Shown here: positions 10,155 to 19,386 of the stretch, piece by piece
Layout: every line of letters starts with the position of its first letter
Numbering within the stretch: the stretch's first letter is position 1
Assembly: GCA_965218535.1 (NCBI GenBank)
Contig: CBDCLF010000001.1
Location: forward strand, 1,003,150-1,067,149
DNA from: Friedmanniella sp.
Lineage (GTDB): Bacteria; Actinomycetota; Actinomycetes; Propionibacteriales; Propionibacteriaceae
DNA length: 64,000 nucleotides
Direction of reading: 5' to 3'
Program-made: the position numbers and the translations under genes
The notes under the pieces: generated by a model
The model's database searches: none
The model's input: only the letters and a program-made list of their open reading frames with translations
Told to the model about the DNA's origin: nothing

Positions 10155-10961
10155 TCAGCCGAACCAGCGCAGCAGTTCCGGGACCAGCCCGCCCTCGGCC
10201 AGCGGAGCGCTGACCCCGTCGGCCACCTCCAACACCGCCGACGGAGCTTCGGGCATGGCTACGCCGCGGCCGGCCCAGCGCAGCATCTCCAGGTCGTTGT
10301 GCCCGTCGCCGGCGGCGAGCACGTCGCTCGCCTTCACCCCGAGGTCGGCCACGATCTGGGCCAGGGCGGTCGCCTTGTTGACCCCCGCCGGCGCGATGTC
10401 GAGCCAGGCGGTCCAGCCGACGAAGTAGCTCACGCCCTGCAGCCCCAGGTGCTCGGCCAAGGCGCTGAATTCGGCCACCGAGCGGCGCGGGTCGCGCAGG
10501 ATGATCCGGGTCACCGGCCGGGACCCGAGTTCGTCCGCGGTCTCGATCACCAGCTCCCCGGTCAGGTCGCCGCCGGGGAAGTGGTCGTTCAGCCGGTAGC
10601 CGCGGCCGATCTCTTCGACCGCGATCAGCGTGCCCGGTGCGAACTCCTCGACCCGTTCGATCACCTCGCGGGGGTCGAAGGTGACGGCCTGGACGATCTG
10701 CTGCGGCGGGTAGGACACGATCACCGCACCGTTGGAGCAGACCGTCGGCCCGGCCGGCAGCCCGAGCTGGTCGACGACGTCACGGGTGCTGTGCCAGGCC
10801 CGGCCGGTGGCCAGGACCACCGGGACGCCGGCGTCGACCACGGTCTGGACCGCGGCCGCCATCGCCGGGGCCAGCACGCCGTCGTAGTCGACCAGGGTGC
10901 CGTCGACGTCGAGGGCGACCAGCTGCGGCCGCCAGCTCAGCGGTCCGGGCGCCGCGCTCAC
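10155..10961 (-). CDS. Cof-type HAD-IIB hydrolase
   Basis: LDVDGTL, LATGR, K in GVNKA, GDGHND; GTG start overlaps the serS stop. Confidence 0.92.
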   Translation of the reverse strand: MSAAPGPLSWRPQLVALDVDGTLVDYDGVLAPAMAAAVQTVVDAGVPVVLATGRAWHSTRDVVDQLGLPAGPTVCSNGAVIVSYPPQQIVQAVTFDPREVIERVEEFAPGTLIAVEEIGRGYRLNDHFPGGDLTGELVIETADELGSRPVTRIILRDPRRSVAEFSALAEHLGLQGVSYFVGWTAWLDIAPAGVNKATALAQIVADLGVKASDVLAAGDGHNDLEMLRWAGRGVAMPEAPSAVLEVADGVSAPLAEGGLVPELLRWFG

Positions 10962-12241
10962 CGCCGGTTCCCGACCGGGGTGAGGAACTCTCGCCCGCCC
11001 AGCCACGGCACGAGCGCGGCGGGCACCCGGACCGACCCGTCACGCTGCTGATGGTTCTCCAAGATCATGATGATGGTACGGGGAACGGCGCAGAGCGTGC
11101 CGTTCAACGTGGCCACCGGACCCGTACGCCCGTCGAAGCGGGCCCGGATGTTGAGCCGTCGGGCCTGGAAGTCGGTGCAGTTCGAGGTCGAGGTGATCTC
11201 CCGGTAGCGATCCTGGGTGGGCAGCCAGCCGTAGCAGTCGTACTTGCGGGCCGCGCTCAGGCCCAGGTCGCCGCCGGCCAGCTCGAGCACCTGGTAGGGG
11301 ATCTCCAGGGCGTCGATGAACTCCTGTTCCCAGGCCAGCAGCCGTTGGTGCTCGGCGTCGGCGTCCGGCGGCGCACAGAAGCTGAACATCTCCACCTTGT
11401 CGAACCAGTGCACCCGGAAGATCCCGCGGGTGTCCTTGCCGTACGACCCTGCCTCGCGCCGAAAGCTCGGGCTGTAGCCGGCGTAGCGCAACGGCAGCGC
11501 GTCGGCGTCGAGGATCTCCTCGGCGTGGTAGGCGGCCAGCGGCACCTCCGCGGTCCCGACCAGGTACATGTCGTCCTCAGGCAGGTGGTAGACGTCTTGC
11601 GCCGCCTGCCCGAGAAAACCGGTGCCCTCCATCGCCGGGGCCTTGACCAAGGCCGGCGGGATCATCGCGGTGAAGCCGTTGCGGAGCGCGGTGCTCATGG
11701 CCAGGTTGACCAGTGCCAGTTCCAGCTCGGCTCCCTGCCCGGTCAGGTAGTAGAAGCGCGATCCGGACACCTTGGCGCCGCGTTCGACGTCGATCGCGCC
11801 GAGCCGCTGACCGAGGTCGAGATGGTCGCGCGGGGTGAACCCCTCGGCCGCGAAGTCCCGCGGCGTCCCGTGGCTGGAGAGCACCACATAGTCGTCCTCA
11901 CCACCGGCGGGGACGTTCTCGCCGACCAGATTGCCGACCTGTTTCAGTAAGGCGGTGAACGCCTCGCCCAGCTCGGTAGCGCTGACCTCCGCGGTCCGGA
12001 CCAGCTCGGCCAGAGTCTTGGTCCGGGTCAGCAGCGCGGTCCGCTCCTCCGCCTCGGCCCGGGCAATCCGGCGGCCGAGGTCCTTCTGTTCGGCCCGCAG
12101 CTGCTCGAAGCGGGAGATCGCGCCCCGGCGAGCCTGATCGGCGCCCAGCAGCTCGTCCACCAGCGCCACCGACTCCCCCCGGGCGCGCTGGGAGGCGCGG
12201 ACCCGGTCGGGGTCGGAGCGGAGCACGGCGACGTCGATCAT
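10958..12241 (-). CDS. serS: Serine--tRNA ligase
   Basis: MID..., [48 protein letters not shown]. Confidence 0.98.
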   Translation of the reverse strand: MIDVAVLRSDPDRVRASQRARGESVALVDELLGADQARRGAISRFEQLRAEQKDLGRRIARAEAEERTALLTRTKTLAELVRTAEVSATELGEAFTALLKQVGNLVGENVPAGGEDDYVVLSSHGTPRDFAAEGFTPRDHLDLGQRLGAIDVERGAKVSGSRFYYLTGQGAELELALVNLAMSTALRNGFTAMIPPALVKAPAMEGTGFLGQAAQDVYHLPEDDMYLVGTAEVPLAAYHAEEILDADALPLRYAGYSPSFRREAGSYGKDTRGIFRVHWFDKVEMFSFCAPPDADAEHQRLLAWEQEFIDALEIPYQVLELAGGDLGLSAARKYDCYGWLPTQDRYREITSTSNCTDFQARRLNIRARFDGRTGPVATLNGTLCAVPRTIIMILENHQQRDGSVRVPAALVPWLGGREFLTPVGNRR

Positions 12242-12372
12242 GGGCGTCAGACTAGCGACCCTGCACCGCCCCCGCCCGACTCCGCCGCCCGACTTCACCG
12301 GCCGACCCCGCGGTCCGGCTTCGGCGGACCCACACCCTCACAACCGGCCGCAGCGGCGATACTGGAGCGACC

Positions 12373-14082
12373 ATGGCCCGCCGTCCCCCCAGCCGCTCGG
12401 CGGTTCTGATCGCTGCGGTGTTGACGCTCGCCCTGGTCGCTTGGACCGTGCTGACGCTGAGCTATCCGCCCTTCGACACCCTCGACCGACGGCTGGCCGC
12501 TGAGCCGCCGCCCTTGACGTCGGGTCTGGGTCAGATCGCTTCGGCGCTGGCCCTGCTCACCTGGCCCGGGGTGATCTACGCCGGGATCGCCGGGGTCGCG
12601 ATCTGGGCCTACCAACGCCGGTTGCGCCAGCTCGCGGGCGCGCTGGTACTGGTGATCGTGTTCGGCTGGGGCGGCTCGGCGCTGTTCGCCTGGCTGGTCG
12701 GACGGGAACGCCCCGGCTTCGCCCTCGATCTGCTGACCGCGACCGGCTCGGCCTACCCGTCGACCCACCTCAGCGCGGCGGTGGCCGGCGCAATCGCGGT
12801 CGGTGCCGTCTTCCGGGTCACCCGGGCCCCGGTCCGGCGGCAGCTCGGCTGGCAGATCGGGGCCGGCGCGGTGGTGTTGCTGGTGGCTCTGGACCGGTGG
12901 CTGACCGGCGCCCACTGGATCACCGACCTGGTCGGGGGGGCGTTGTTCGGGGCGCTGGTGGCCACCGGCGCTCTGCTGCTGGCCGGCGTACGGGTGCCGC
13001 TGCCGCACGACCTGGTCACCGACATCGTCCGTTCCCGAGCCGCCCCCGCCCCCCCGGCCGACGGGAAGCGCCGGCGGGCCGCGGTGATCTACAACCCGGT
13101 CAAGGTGACCGACTGGGTGACCTTCCGCCGGCACGTGGAGTGGGAGTTGAAATCGCGCGGCTGGGAGCGCGCCCTGTTCTTGGAAACCACCCCCGAGGAC
13201 GCCGGCCAGGCCATGGTCGAGCAGGCGGTGGCCGAGGAGGTCGACCTGGTGCTGGGCGCCGGCGGGGACGGCACGATCCGGGTGATCTGCGCCGGGCTGG
13301 CCCACACCGGCATCCCCTTCGGGTTGATCCCGGCCGGCACCGGCAATCTGCTGGCCCGCAACGTCGGCATCCCCTTGGACGAGAGCGCGGCGCTCGACGT
13401 CGCCTTCGACGGCGCCGACAAGCCGATCGACCTGGTGGCGTTGACCGTCGACGACCAGACCAGCCACCACTTCGCGGTGATGGCCGGGATCGGGATCGAC
13501 GCGGTGATCATGGAGGGCACCAACGCCGATCTGAAGAAGGCGGTCGGCTCGGCGGCCTACTTCGTCTCGGCCGCGCAGCACGCCGACCATCCGGCCCTGC
13601 ACGCCACCATCACCGTCGACGACGCCGAACCGCTGCAGCGGCGCGCACACGTCATCGTGGTCGGTAACGTCGGCTTCCTGCAGGCCAACATTCCGCTGAT
13701 GCCCGACGCCAAACCCGACGACGGCCTGTTGGACGTGATGATCGCCTCCCCGCGCTCGGCCGCCGACTGGGTCCGGGTAACGACCCGGGTCCTGCTGCGG
13801 CGCAAACGCGGGGACGCCCAGCTGGACCGGATCACCGGTCGTCGGGTCCGGATCGAGGTGGACGCCCGCGAGCCGTACCAGATGGACGGCGACACCGCCG
13901 GCGAGTGTCGCACGATGGTGGCCGAGATCCGGCCGGAGGCCCTGCTGCTGCGGGTGCCGCAGGCCGCCGCCCGGCCGCGGCAGACCAGCGCCGAACTGAT
14001 CGAGGTGGGCGAGGAGGAGAAACCGGCCCGGGCGGCCGGGTCGGACGCGCAGCCGCGGCGGGCCGGCGCCGATCCGGGCTGA
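12373..14082 (+). CDS. PAP2 phosphatase-like / diacylglycerol kinase fusion protein
   Basis: GRERP, YPSTH, RWLTGAHWITD in the membrane half; GAGGDGT, PAGTGN, GIGID, QMDGD in the kinase half. Confidence 0.88.
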   Translation: MARRPPSRSAVLIAAVLTLALVAWTVLTLSYPPFDTLDRRLAAEPPPLTSGLGQIASALALLTWPGVIYAGIAGVAIWAYQRRLRQLAGALVLVIVFGWGGSALFAWLVGRERPGFALDLLTATGSAYPSTHLSAAVAGAIAVGAVFRVTRAPVRRQLGWQIGAGAVVLLVALDRWLTGAHWITDLVGGALFGALVATGALLLAGVRVPLPHDLVTDIVRSRAAPAPPADGKRRRAAVIYNPVKVTDWVTFRRHVEWELKSRGWERALFLETTPEDAGQAMVEQAVAEEVDLVLGAGGDGTIRVICAGLAHTGIPFGLIPAGTGNLLARNVGIPLDESAALDVAFDGADKPIDLVALTVDDQTSHHFAVMAGIGIDAVIMEGTNADLKKAVGSAAYFVSAAQHADHPALHATITVDDAEPLQRRAHVIVVGNVGFLQANIPLMPDAKPDDGLLDVMIASPRSAADWVRVTTRVLLRRKRGDAQLDRITGRRVRIEVDAREPYQMDGDTAGECRTMVAEIRPEALLLRVPQAAARPRQTSAELIEVGEEEKPARAAGSDAQPRRAGADPG

Positions 14083-14134
14083 GCGACGCCTCGGATGGCC
14101 ACGGCGGTTTCACCCGCCCGGGTAGCGTTTCGGC

Positions 14135-14476
14135 ATGCGACCTCTGGACCGCCTCCGCGACGCGGCCGACGCCCTCACCGGGGGCGGCGAGCACGACGAC
14201 CAGACCAAAACTGCTTCCCCGGCGGCAGCCGGCGGTGGGCCGAACACCCCGGTCAGTGAGCCCGGCGAGGTGTCCCAGGGCGGTTCAGGGCTGGGTGACC
14301 CCGCCACGTCCCAGGGCGGCGCGGACGCCGTTCCCGGCACCCCCGACGCCGTCCCCGCCACCCGGCTGGACGAGGGCGGGGAGGACCATCCCAAGGCGAC
14401 GGACCGGCGCAGCGAGGACGTGGCCGGCCAGGCGCCCAGCGAAAGCGCAGCCCCGGCCGAACGCAGCGACGTCTGA
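14135..14476 (+). CDS. Small acidic, disordered hypothetical protein
   Basis: ORF preceded by TAGCGT -10 at leaderless spacing and followed by a hairpin. Confidence 0.65.
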   Translation: MRPLDRLRDAADALTGGGEHDDQTKTASPAAAGGGPNTPVSEPGEVSQGGSGLGDPATSQGGADAVPGTPDAVPATRLDEGGEDHPKATDRRSEDVAGQAPSESAAPAERSDV

Positions 14477-14493
14477 GGGTCCCGTCCTCACGA

Positions 14494-14548
14494 AAGTGGT
14501 CACCAACGACGCCCGGCACGCGCGCGAAACTGTCGTTGGTGACCACTT
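14494..14548. terminator. 17-bp-arm inverted repeat between convergent genes
   Basis: AAGTGGTCACCAACGAC ... GTCGTTGGTGACCACTT. Confidence 0.7.
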
Positions 14549-14566
14549 GCGGGAGAAGGTGGGAGG

Positions 14567-15502
14567 TCAGACCGGACCGCGGAGCCGGGACAGCCAGCTC
14601 GAGGCGGCGGCGTAGTCGGTGTTGGCCGTGCCCGGGCGGACGAGCGGGACGGCTCCGTCGGCCCGGGGATAGCTGCCCAGGAACACGACGTCGGCGCAGG
14701 TCCGGTGCAGACCCATCATGGCCTCGGCCAACCGGGCGTCGCCGATATGGCCCTCGGCGTCGACGGAGAAGCAGTAGTCCCCGAGGGTGCGCCGGGTCGG
14801 CCGGGACTCGATCCGGCACAGGTTGACCCCGCGGCTGACGAACTGCTCCAAGATCTCCAACAGCGCGCCGGGATGGTTCTCGCGCATGAACAGCACCAGG
14901 GTGGTCTTGTCCGCTCCGGTCGGGGCGCCGACCGGACCGGGCGGTGCGAGCAGGACGAAGCGGGTCACGGCGGCGGCGTTGTCGCCGATGGCCTGGGCCA
15001 CCGCGACCAGACCGTACAGCTCCCCGGCCACCCGGGCGCAGACGGCCGCGTCGAAGGCGGAGCTGGGATCGGTTACGGCGGCGGCGGCGGCCGCGGTGGA
15101 ACCGCTTTCGGTCACCTGAGCCTGCGGGACACGCGCGGCCAGCCACTCCCGGCATTGCGCGGCGGCGTGCGGGTGGGTGAGGACGTTGCGGATCTGGTCC
15201 AGCCGGGTCCCGGGGCGGGTGAACAGGTCGAACTGCACCGGCAGCAACACCTCGCGGGTGATCACCAGCGGGTCGCCGTAGGTCAGGTTGTCCAAGGTGG
15301 CGCTCACCCCGCCCTCGACGGAGTTCTCGATCGGCACCAGGGCCGCGCCGACCGCACCCTCACGCACCCCGTGCAGGGCCTGCGCGACCGTGGCGTACGG
15401 GCGGGGCTGCGGCGGCACGCCCGGCAGGCTCAGCAACGCCTGGTGGGTGAAGGTCCCCGCCGGTCCGAGGTAGCCGTAGGCGGCGGGTGGGATCCCAGGC
15501 AC
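14567..15502 (-). CDS. pheA: Prephenate dehydratase
   Basis: YLGPAGTFT, VPIENSVEG, TRF, NLCRIESRP, FLGSYP. Confidence 0.97.
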   Translation of the reverse strand: MPGIPPAAYGYLGPAGTFTHQALLSLPGVPPQPRPYATVAQALHGVREGAVGAALVPIENSVEGGVSATLDNLTYGDPLVITREVLLPVQFDLFTRPGTRLDQIRNVLTHPHAAAQCREWLAARVPQAQVTESGSTAAAAAAVTDPSSAFDAAVCARVAGELYGLVAVAQAIGDNAAAVTRFVLLAPPGPVGAPTGADKTTLVLFMRENHPGALLEILEQFVSRGVNLCRIESRPTRRTLGDYCFSVDAEGHIGDARLAEAMMGLHRTCADVVFLGSYPRADGAVPLVRPGTANTDYAAASSWLSRLRGPV

Positions 15503-15583
15503 GGGCGTCAGGCTATCCCGGGGCCGTCGGCCTCTACGCGGTGTCCGGGGCGGCGCAGTGTCGGAGGCAGCGCTGCCGTCTGG

Positions 15584-16027
15584 TCAGCGAAGCCGCAGCA
15601 GCCCGGCCGCCGTCGGGCCGAAACCGCACGCGTCGCGGTAGAACGGTTCCAGTTCGTGGGTGTAGTCCACGTGCAGCCAGGTACAGCCAAGCTTCGTCAC
15701 CTCAGCGGCCAGCGCCCCGACCAGCCGGGTTCCCAGACCCAGGTGCCGGTGGCTCGACGCGACGACGGTGTCAAGCAGGAACGCATGCTGTGCGCCGTCA
15801 CCGCAGGCGTGTACGAAACCGACCAGTTCGTGCTCGGGCGTCACGGCCACGACCCAGCTGAGACTCCACCGGGTCAGCCGAGCCGTCCAGCCCTGCGTCG
15901 GCCCGACCGGCGTGCCGAACGCCTCGGCGTGTAGCCGGGTCAGAGCCTGGTCATCGACCCGACCTTTGACCCGCAGCTGCACGCCGGCGCCGTCGAACCC
16001 GGCGCGGTCGGAGACAGGGTTGCTCAT
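15584..16027 (-). CDS. GNAT family N-acetyltransferase
   Basis: LLDTVV...HRHLGLGTRLV, WLHVD, FY...GF. Confidence 0.88.
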   Translation of the reverse strand: MSNPVSDRAGFDGAGVQLRVKGRVDDQALTRLHAEAFGTPVGPTQGWTARLTRWSLSWVVAVTPEHELVGFVHACGDGAQHAFLLDTVVASSHRHLGLGTRLVGALAAEVTKLGCTWLHVDYTHELEPFYRDACGFGPTAAGLLRLR

Positions 16028-16508
16028 CGCACCGAGATTGACGTAAGTACGCCCTGGACGGCGGTCCGGACCGGCTTCGTCGCGTCGTTGGGCCGGGCGG
16101 AGAAGTAACTGACGTAGCGACCGTCGGCGAGTCGGAAGACATTCGTCTCGATCAGCGAGTCGCTCAGGAGCGCCGCTCCGACCGTCGCCGTCCAGTCCTC
16201 ACCGGCGGCGTTGTAATCCGGATGCACCGTCGTCGAGCACGTAAGAAGGCTGCGGTACGAAGACGGCGGGCGCTGCGGTGGTGCGCAGGCGAAAGGCGGC
16301 CCGGGCAGGGTCAGGCTGAGTCTGAGGTCGATGGCGAAGGTGGACTGGGGCGGGGCCGGCGGGGGCAGGGCCGGACCGCCGAGCAGGGGGTGGGTGTCCG
16401 GCCGGAGGGCGGCGCCGAGTGCGAGCAGGGCGACCAGCGCGGTGCCGACGATCACAGCGACCGCCAGCGACCGCCGGCCTGGGGCTCGGCCTCAACCCTG
16501 GCGGACAT
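16024..16508 (-). pseudogene. Hypothetical membrane-anchored protein with a probable frameshift
   Basis: Adding one C at the C4 run (16481-16484) joins MSARVEAEP to PGRRSLAVAVIVGTALVALL; intact part 16024-16455. Confidence 0.45.
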
Positions 16509-16566
16509 GGGTGCACGCTCGTTCACCGGGTCAGGATAGGACCCGGGCCGGGCCGGCGGAGCCGGT

Positions 16567-17055
16567 TCAGGCAGTGCTCGACACGCCGCCGCCGAGCCGC
16601 TGGATGGCTCGTTCGGACCGGCGCCCGACCGGGACCGACCGGGTGGCTTTGGCCAGGCCGCTGAGCGGCATTCCGACGTAGATCGACTCGGCCCGTTCGA
16701 CCACGTAGGTCTCGTGCCAGATCCCGACCGCCCCCGGGGCCCGGCGAGCGGCGGCGTTGAAGGTCGTCCAGGCCGGCCGGTGACCGGCATCGGGACGGCT
16801 GGCGTAGGCGTAGAGCTTGGCGGTGGACTCCCAGTACTGCACCAGCCACGGCCCTCGCGGGTCCGCGACCAGTCGGGCGCCGAGCAGACCCGAGTCCGGG
16901 TCGCGTTCCAGCTCGGTCAGCATCCGCGGCATCGAGGTGAACACCGGACCCCACAGATCGGGCCGCCAGGGGCGGTTGATCCGCATCCCGATCAGGAATA
17001 CGACCAGGCCGCCCTGATGGTCGTGGGTGGTCCGGCCGGGCGAGATCGTGGGCAT
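16567..17055 (-). CDS. DUF4188 family protein (monooxygenase/dehydratase-like fold)
   Basis: VVFLIGMRIN, VQYWES...L..YA, H..AW, VGIWHETY, ESIY..MP..GL. Confidence 0.88.
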   Translation of the reverse strand: MPTISPGRTTHDHQGGLVVFLIGMRINRPWRPDLWGPVFTSMPRMLTELERDPDSGLLGARLVADPRGPWLVQYWESTAKLYAYASRPDAGHRPAWTTFNAAARRAPGAVGIWHETYVVERAESIYVGMPLSGLAKATRSVPVGRRSERAIQRLGGGVSSTA

Positions 17056-17074
17056 CGATTAACCTCTGTCTAGT

Positions 17075-17122
17075 AGAGAGTTCTACTCTCCAATAGTGGA
17101 GAGTAGTGGTATCCGTTGTCAA
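17075..17122. promoter_or_regulatory. Divergent promoter/operator region (MerR-type)
   Basis: Perfect inverted repeat CTACTCTCCA-ATAG-TGGAGAGTAG at 17083-17106; TTGACA on the minus strand at 17117-17122. Confidence 0.7.
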
Positions 17123-17136
17123 GCAGAGGTTACGAA

Positions 17137-17781
17137 GTGCGAGTGTCCGAGCTGGCGCGACGTGGCGGCGTACCGGTGGCCACCGTCAAGTACTACCTGC
17201 GGGAGCGGTTGCTGCCCGAGGGCGTGCTGACCGCGCCCAACCAGGCTCGCTACGACGACGCTCACCTGGCCCGGCTCCGGCTGGTCCGGGCGCTGCTCGG
17301 GCCCGGCGGGTTGAGCGTGTCCCGCACTCGAGATGTGCTGGCCGCCCTCGACGATCCGCCCGAGGAGTTCTACGACCTGCTCGGGGTCGCCGCTGCGGCG
17401 CTCGGGGACGATGCGCCTACCGATCCCGAGGACCATCCGCGGGTGCACACGCTGCTCCGGCGTTGGGGCTGGCCGGTGGAGCAGGAGTACTGCGCCCACC
17501 ACCAGGCTCTGGAGAGTGCCTTGGCCGCGCTCGACGACGCCGAGTTCATCCCGCCGTCCGGCATGCTCGACCGGTACGCCGCGCACCTGGACCGGATCGC
17601 CACCGCCGAGATCGACGCGATGCCCACCGGCTCCCCCGCGGCGGCGCTGCGGTACGTGGTGCTGGGCACGGTCTTGATGGAGCCGGTGCTGCTGAGCATG
17701 CGGCGGATCGCCCAACAGGCGGCTGCCGCCCGCCGCTTTACCGCAGCCACCCGGTCGGAGGCCAAAATTTCGGGCAGCTGA
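17137..17781 (+). CDS. MerR family transcriptional regulator
   Basis: MRVSELARRGGVPVATVKYYLRERLLP, A.YDD.H..RLRLVR. Confidence 0.93.
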   Translation: MRVSELARRGGVPVATVKYYLRERLLPEGVLTAPNQARYDDAHLARLRLVRALLGPGGLSVSRTRDVLAALDDPPEEFYDLLGVAAAALGDDAPTDPEDHPRVHTLLRRWGWPVEQEYCAHHQALESALAALDDAEFIPPSGMLDRYAAHLDRIATAEIDAMPTGSPAAALRYVVLGTVLMEPVLLSMRRIAQQAAAARRFTAATRSEAKISGS

Positions 17782-17827
17782 CCACCCCAGCGGTGGCTGA
17801 CGGCCCGAAATTTGGAAGAGTGAACGG

Positions 17828-18862
17828 GTGAGCGTTTCGAAGTCCTTCATCGCCGGTCTGCCCAAGGCCGAACTGCACGTGCACCAGGTCGGGTCCGCCT
17901 CACCGCGGATCGTGGCCGAACTCGCGCAGCGTCATCCCGGCACGGTGCCGACCGATCCGGACGCGCTGGCCGACTATTTCCGCTTCGACGACTTCGCGCA
18001 CTTCATCGAGATCTATCTGGCCGTGGTCGAACTGGTCCGCACCGCCGAGGACGTGGCCTGGCTGACCTACGAGGCCGGCCGGGACATGGCTGCGCAGCAG
18101 ATCCGCTACGCCGAACTCACCGTCACTCCCTACCTCAGCGTCGGACCGAGGCTGCCGGCCGAGGCGTTCCTGGAAGCGATCGAGGACGCCCGGGTCCGGG
18201 TCGAGCGTGACTTCGGGGTCGCGCTGCAATGGATCTTCGACATCCCCGCCGACTTCGGGATGCCGGCTGCTGAGCAGACCGCGTCGATCGCGCTGGACCA
18301 CGACGTTCCCGGCCTGGTCGGGCTCGGGGTCGGCGGCTCGGAGGAGGGCTTCCCGCGGACGATGTTCACCGCGCAGTTCAACCGGGCCCGGGCCGCCGGG
18401 CTGCACGCCGTTCCGCACGCCGGGGAGACCACCGGTCCGCAGACGGTGTGGGACGCCGTCACCAGTCTGGGGGCCGAGCGAATCGAGCACGGCATCAGCG
18501 CCGTCGGTGATCCTGAGCTGCTGGCCCACCTGGCCGAGCAACAGATCACCCTCGACGTTTGCCTCACCTCCAACGTGGCCCTGGGCGCCGTCGCTTCCCT
18601 GGACGTCCATCCGCTGCCCGCCCTGGTGGCGGCCGGCGTACCGGTCAGCATCAACACCGACGACCCGCCGATGTTCGGCACCGACTTGAACGCCGAGTAC
18701 GCCATCGCGGCGCGGCTGCTCGACCTGGACGAAGCCGGGCTGGCCGATCTGGCCCGGCACGCGGCCCAGGCGGGGTTCGGTGCTTCGGGCGAGCGGGCTG
18801 CGCTGATCGAGGAGATCGACCGGTACGTCACGGGTGGAACCTCCGGTGCTCAAACTACGTAA
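17828..18862 (+). CDS. add: Adenosine/adenine deaminase
   Basis: LPKAELHVH, PHAGE, RIEHG, SN, INTDDP. Confidence 0.93.
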   Translation: MSVSKSFIAGLPKAELHVHQVGSASPRIVAELAQRHPGTVPTDPDALADYFRFDDFAHFIEIYLAVVELVRTAEDVAWLTYEAGRDMAAQQIRYAELTVTPYLSVGPRLPAEAFLEAIEDARVRVERDFGVALQWIFDIPADFGMPAAEQTASIALDHDVPGLVGLGVGGSEEGFPRTMFTAQFNRARAAGLHAVPHAGETTGPQTVWDAVTSLGAERIEHGISAVGDPELLAHLAEQQITLDVCLTSNVALGAVASLDVHPLPALVAAGVPVSINTDDPPMFGTDLNAEYAIAARLLDLDEAGLADLARHAAQAGFGASGERAALIEEIDRYVTGGTSGAQTT

Positions 18863-18876
18863 GTACGTACTATGAT
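18856..18876 (+). promoter_or_regulatory. Putative operator TACGTA-AG-TACGTA abutting TATGAT -10 (leaderless)
   Basis: Two palindromic hexamers next to a -10 box 6 nt upstream of ATG 18883. Confidence 0.55.
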
Positions 18877-18882
18877 CCTTTG

Positions 18883-19386
18883 ATGGATCTGGAACGACGA
18901 GTCGCGGCCCTCGAATCGGCGCTGGAACAACTGCTCGGCCAGCGCGGGGCCTCTCCGTCGGCGCTGGCCGATGCCGATGCCGACACCGACACGTTCTGGG
19001 TGCTGGACGAACTTCGCCGGCGCCATCCCGACGAGGCGGTCGTCTTCGCCGGCACCGCCACCGTGGGGAAGGGGGAGGCCGCGTGGCAGTGGGGGGCTTC
19101 GACCCCCGAGCTGCGGGAGAGCGAGTGGAACACCGCGGCGCCGGTGTTCGAGGCGCTGGCCCACCCGGTCCGGCTGCACCTGCTGCAACGGGTCCTCAAC
19201 GGCGTCACCGCCACCTCCGGGCTGGCCGCCGACGACACCCTCGGGACCACCGGCCAACTGCACCACCACCTGCGGATCCTCGCCGCCGCCGGCTGGCTGG
19301 CCTCGGTCGGCCGCGGCCAGTGGACGGTCCCGCCGCCCCGGGTGATCCCCCTGCTCACCGCCGTCCTGATCGCGACCAGCCGGTGA
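18883..19386 (+). CDS. ArsR-type winged-helix regulator
   Basis: ALAHPVRLHLL, GTTGQLHHHLR.L..AGW. Confidence 0.88.
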   Translation: MDLERRVAALESALEQLLGQRGASPSALADADADTDTFWVLDELRRRHPDEAVVFAGTATVGKGEAAWQWGASTPELRESEWNTAAPVFEALAHPVRLHLLQRVLNGVTATSGLAADDTLGTTGQLHHHLRILAAAGWLASVGRGQWTVPPPRVIPLLTAVLIATSR

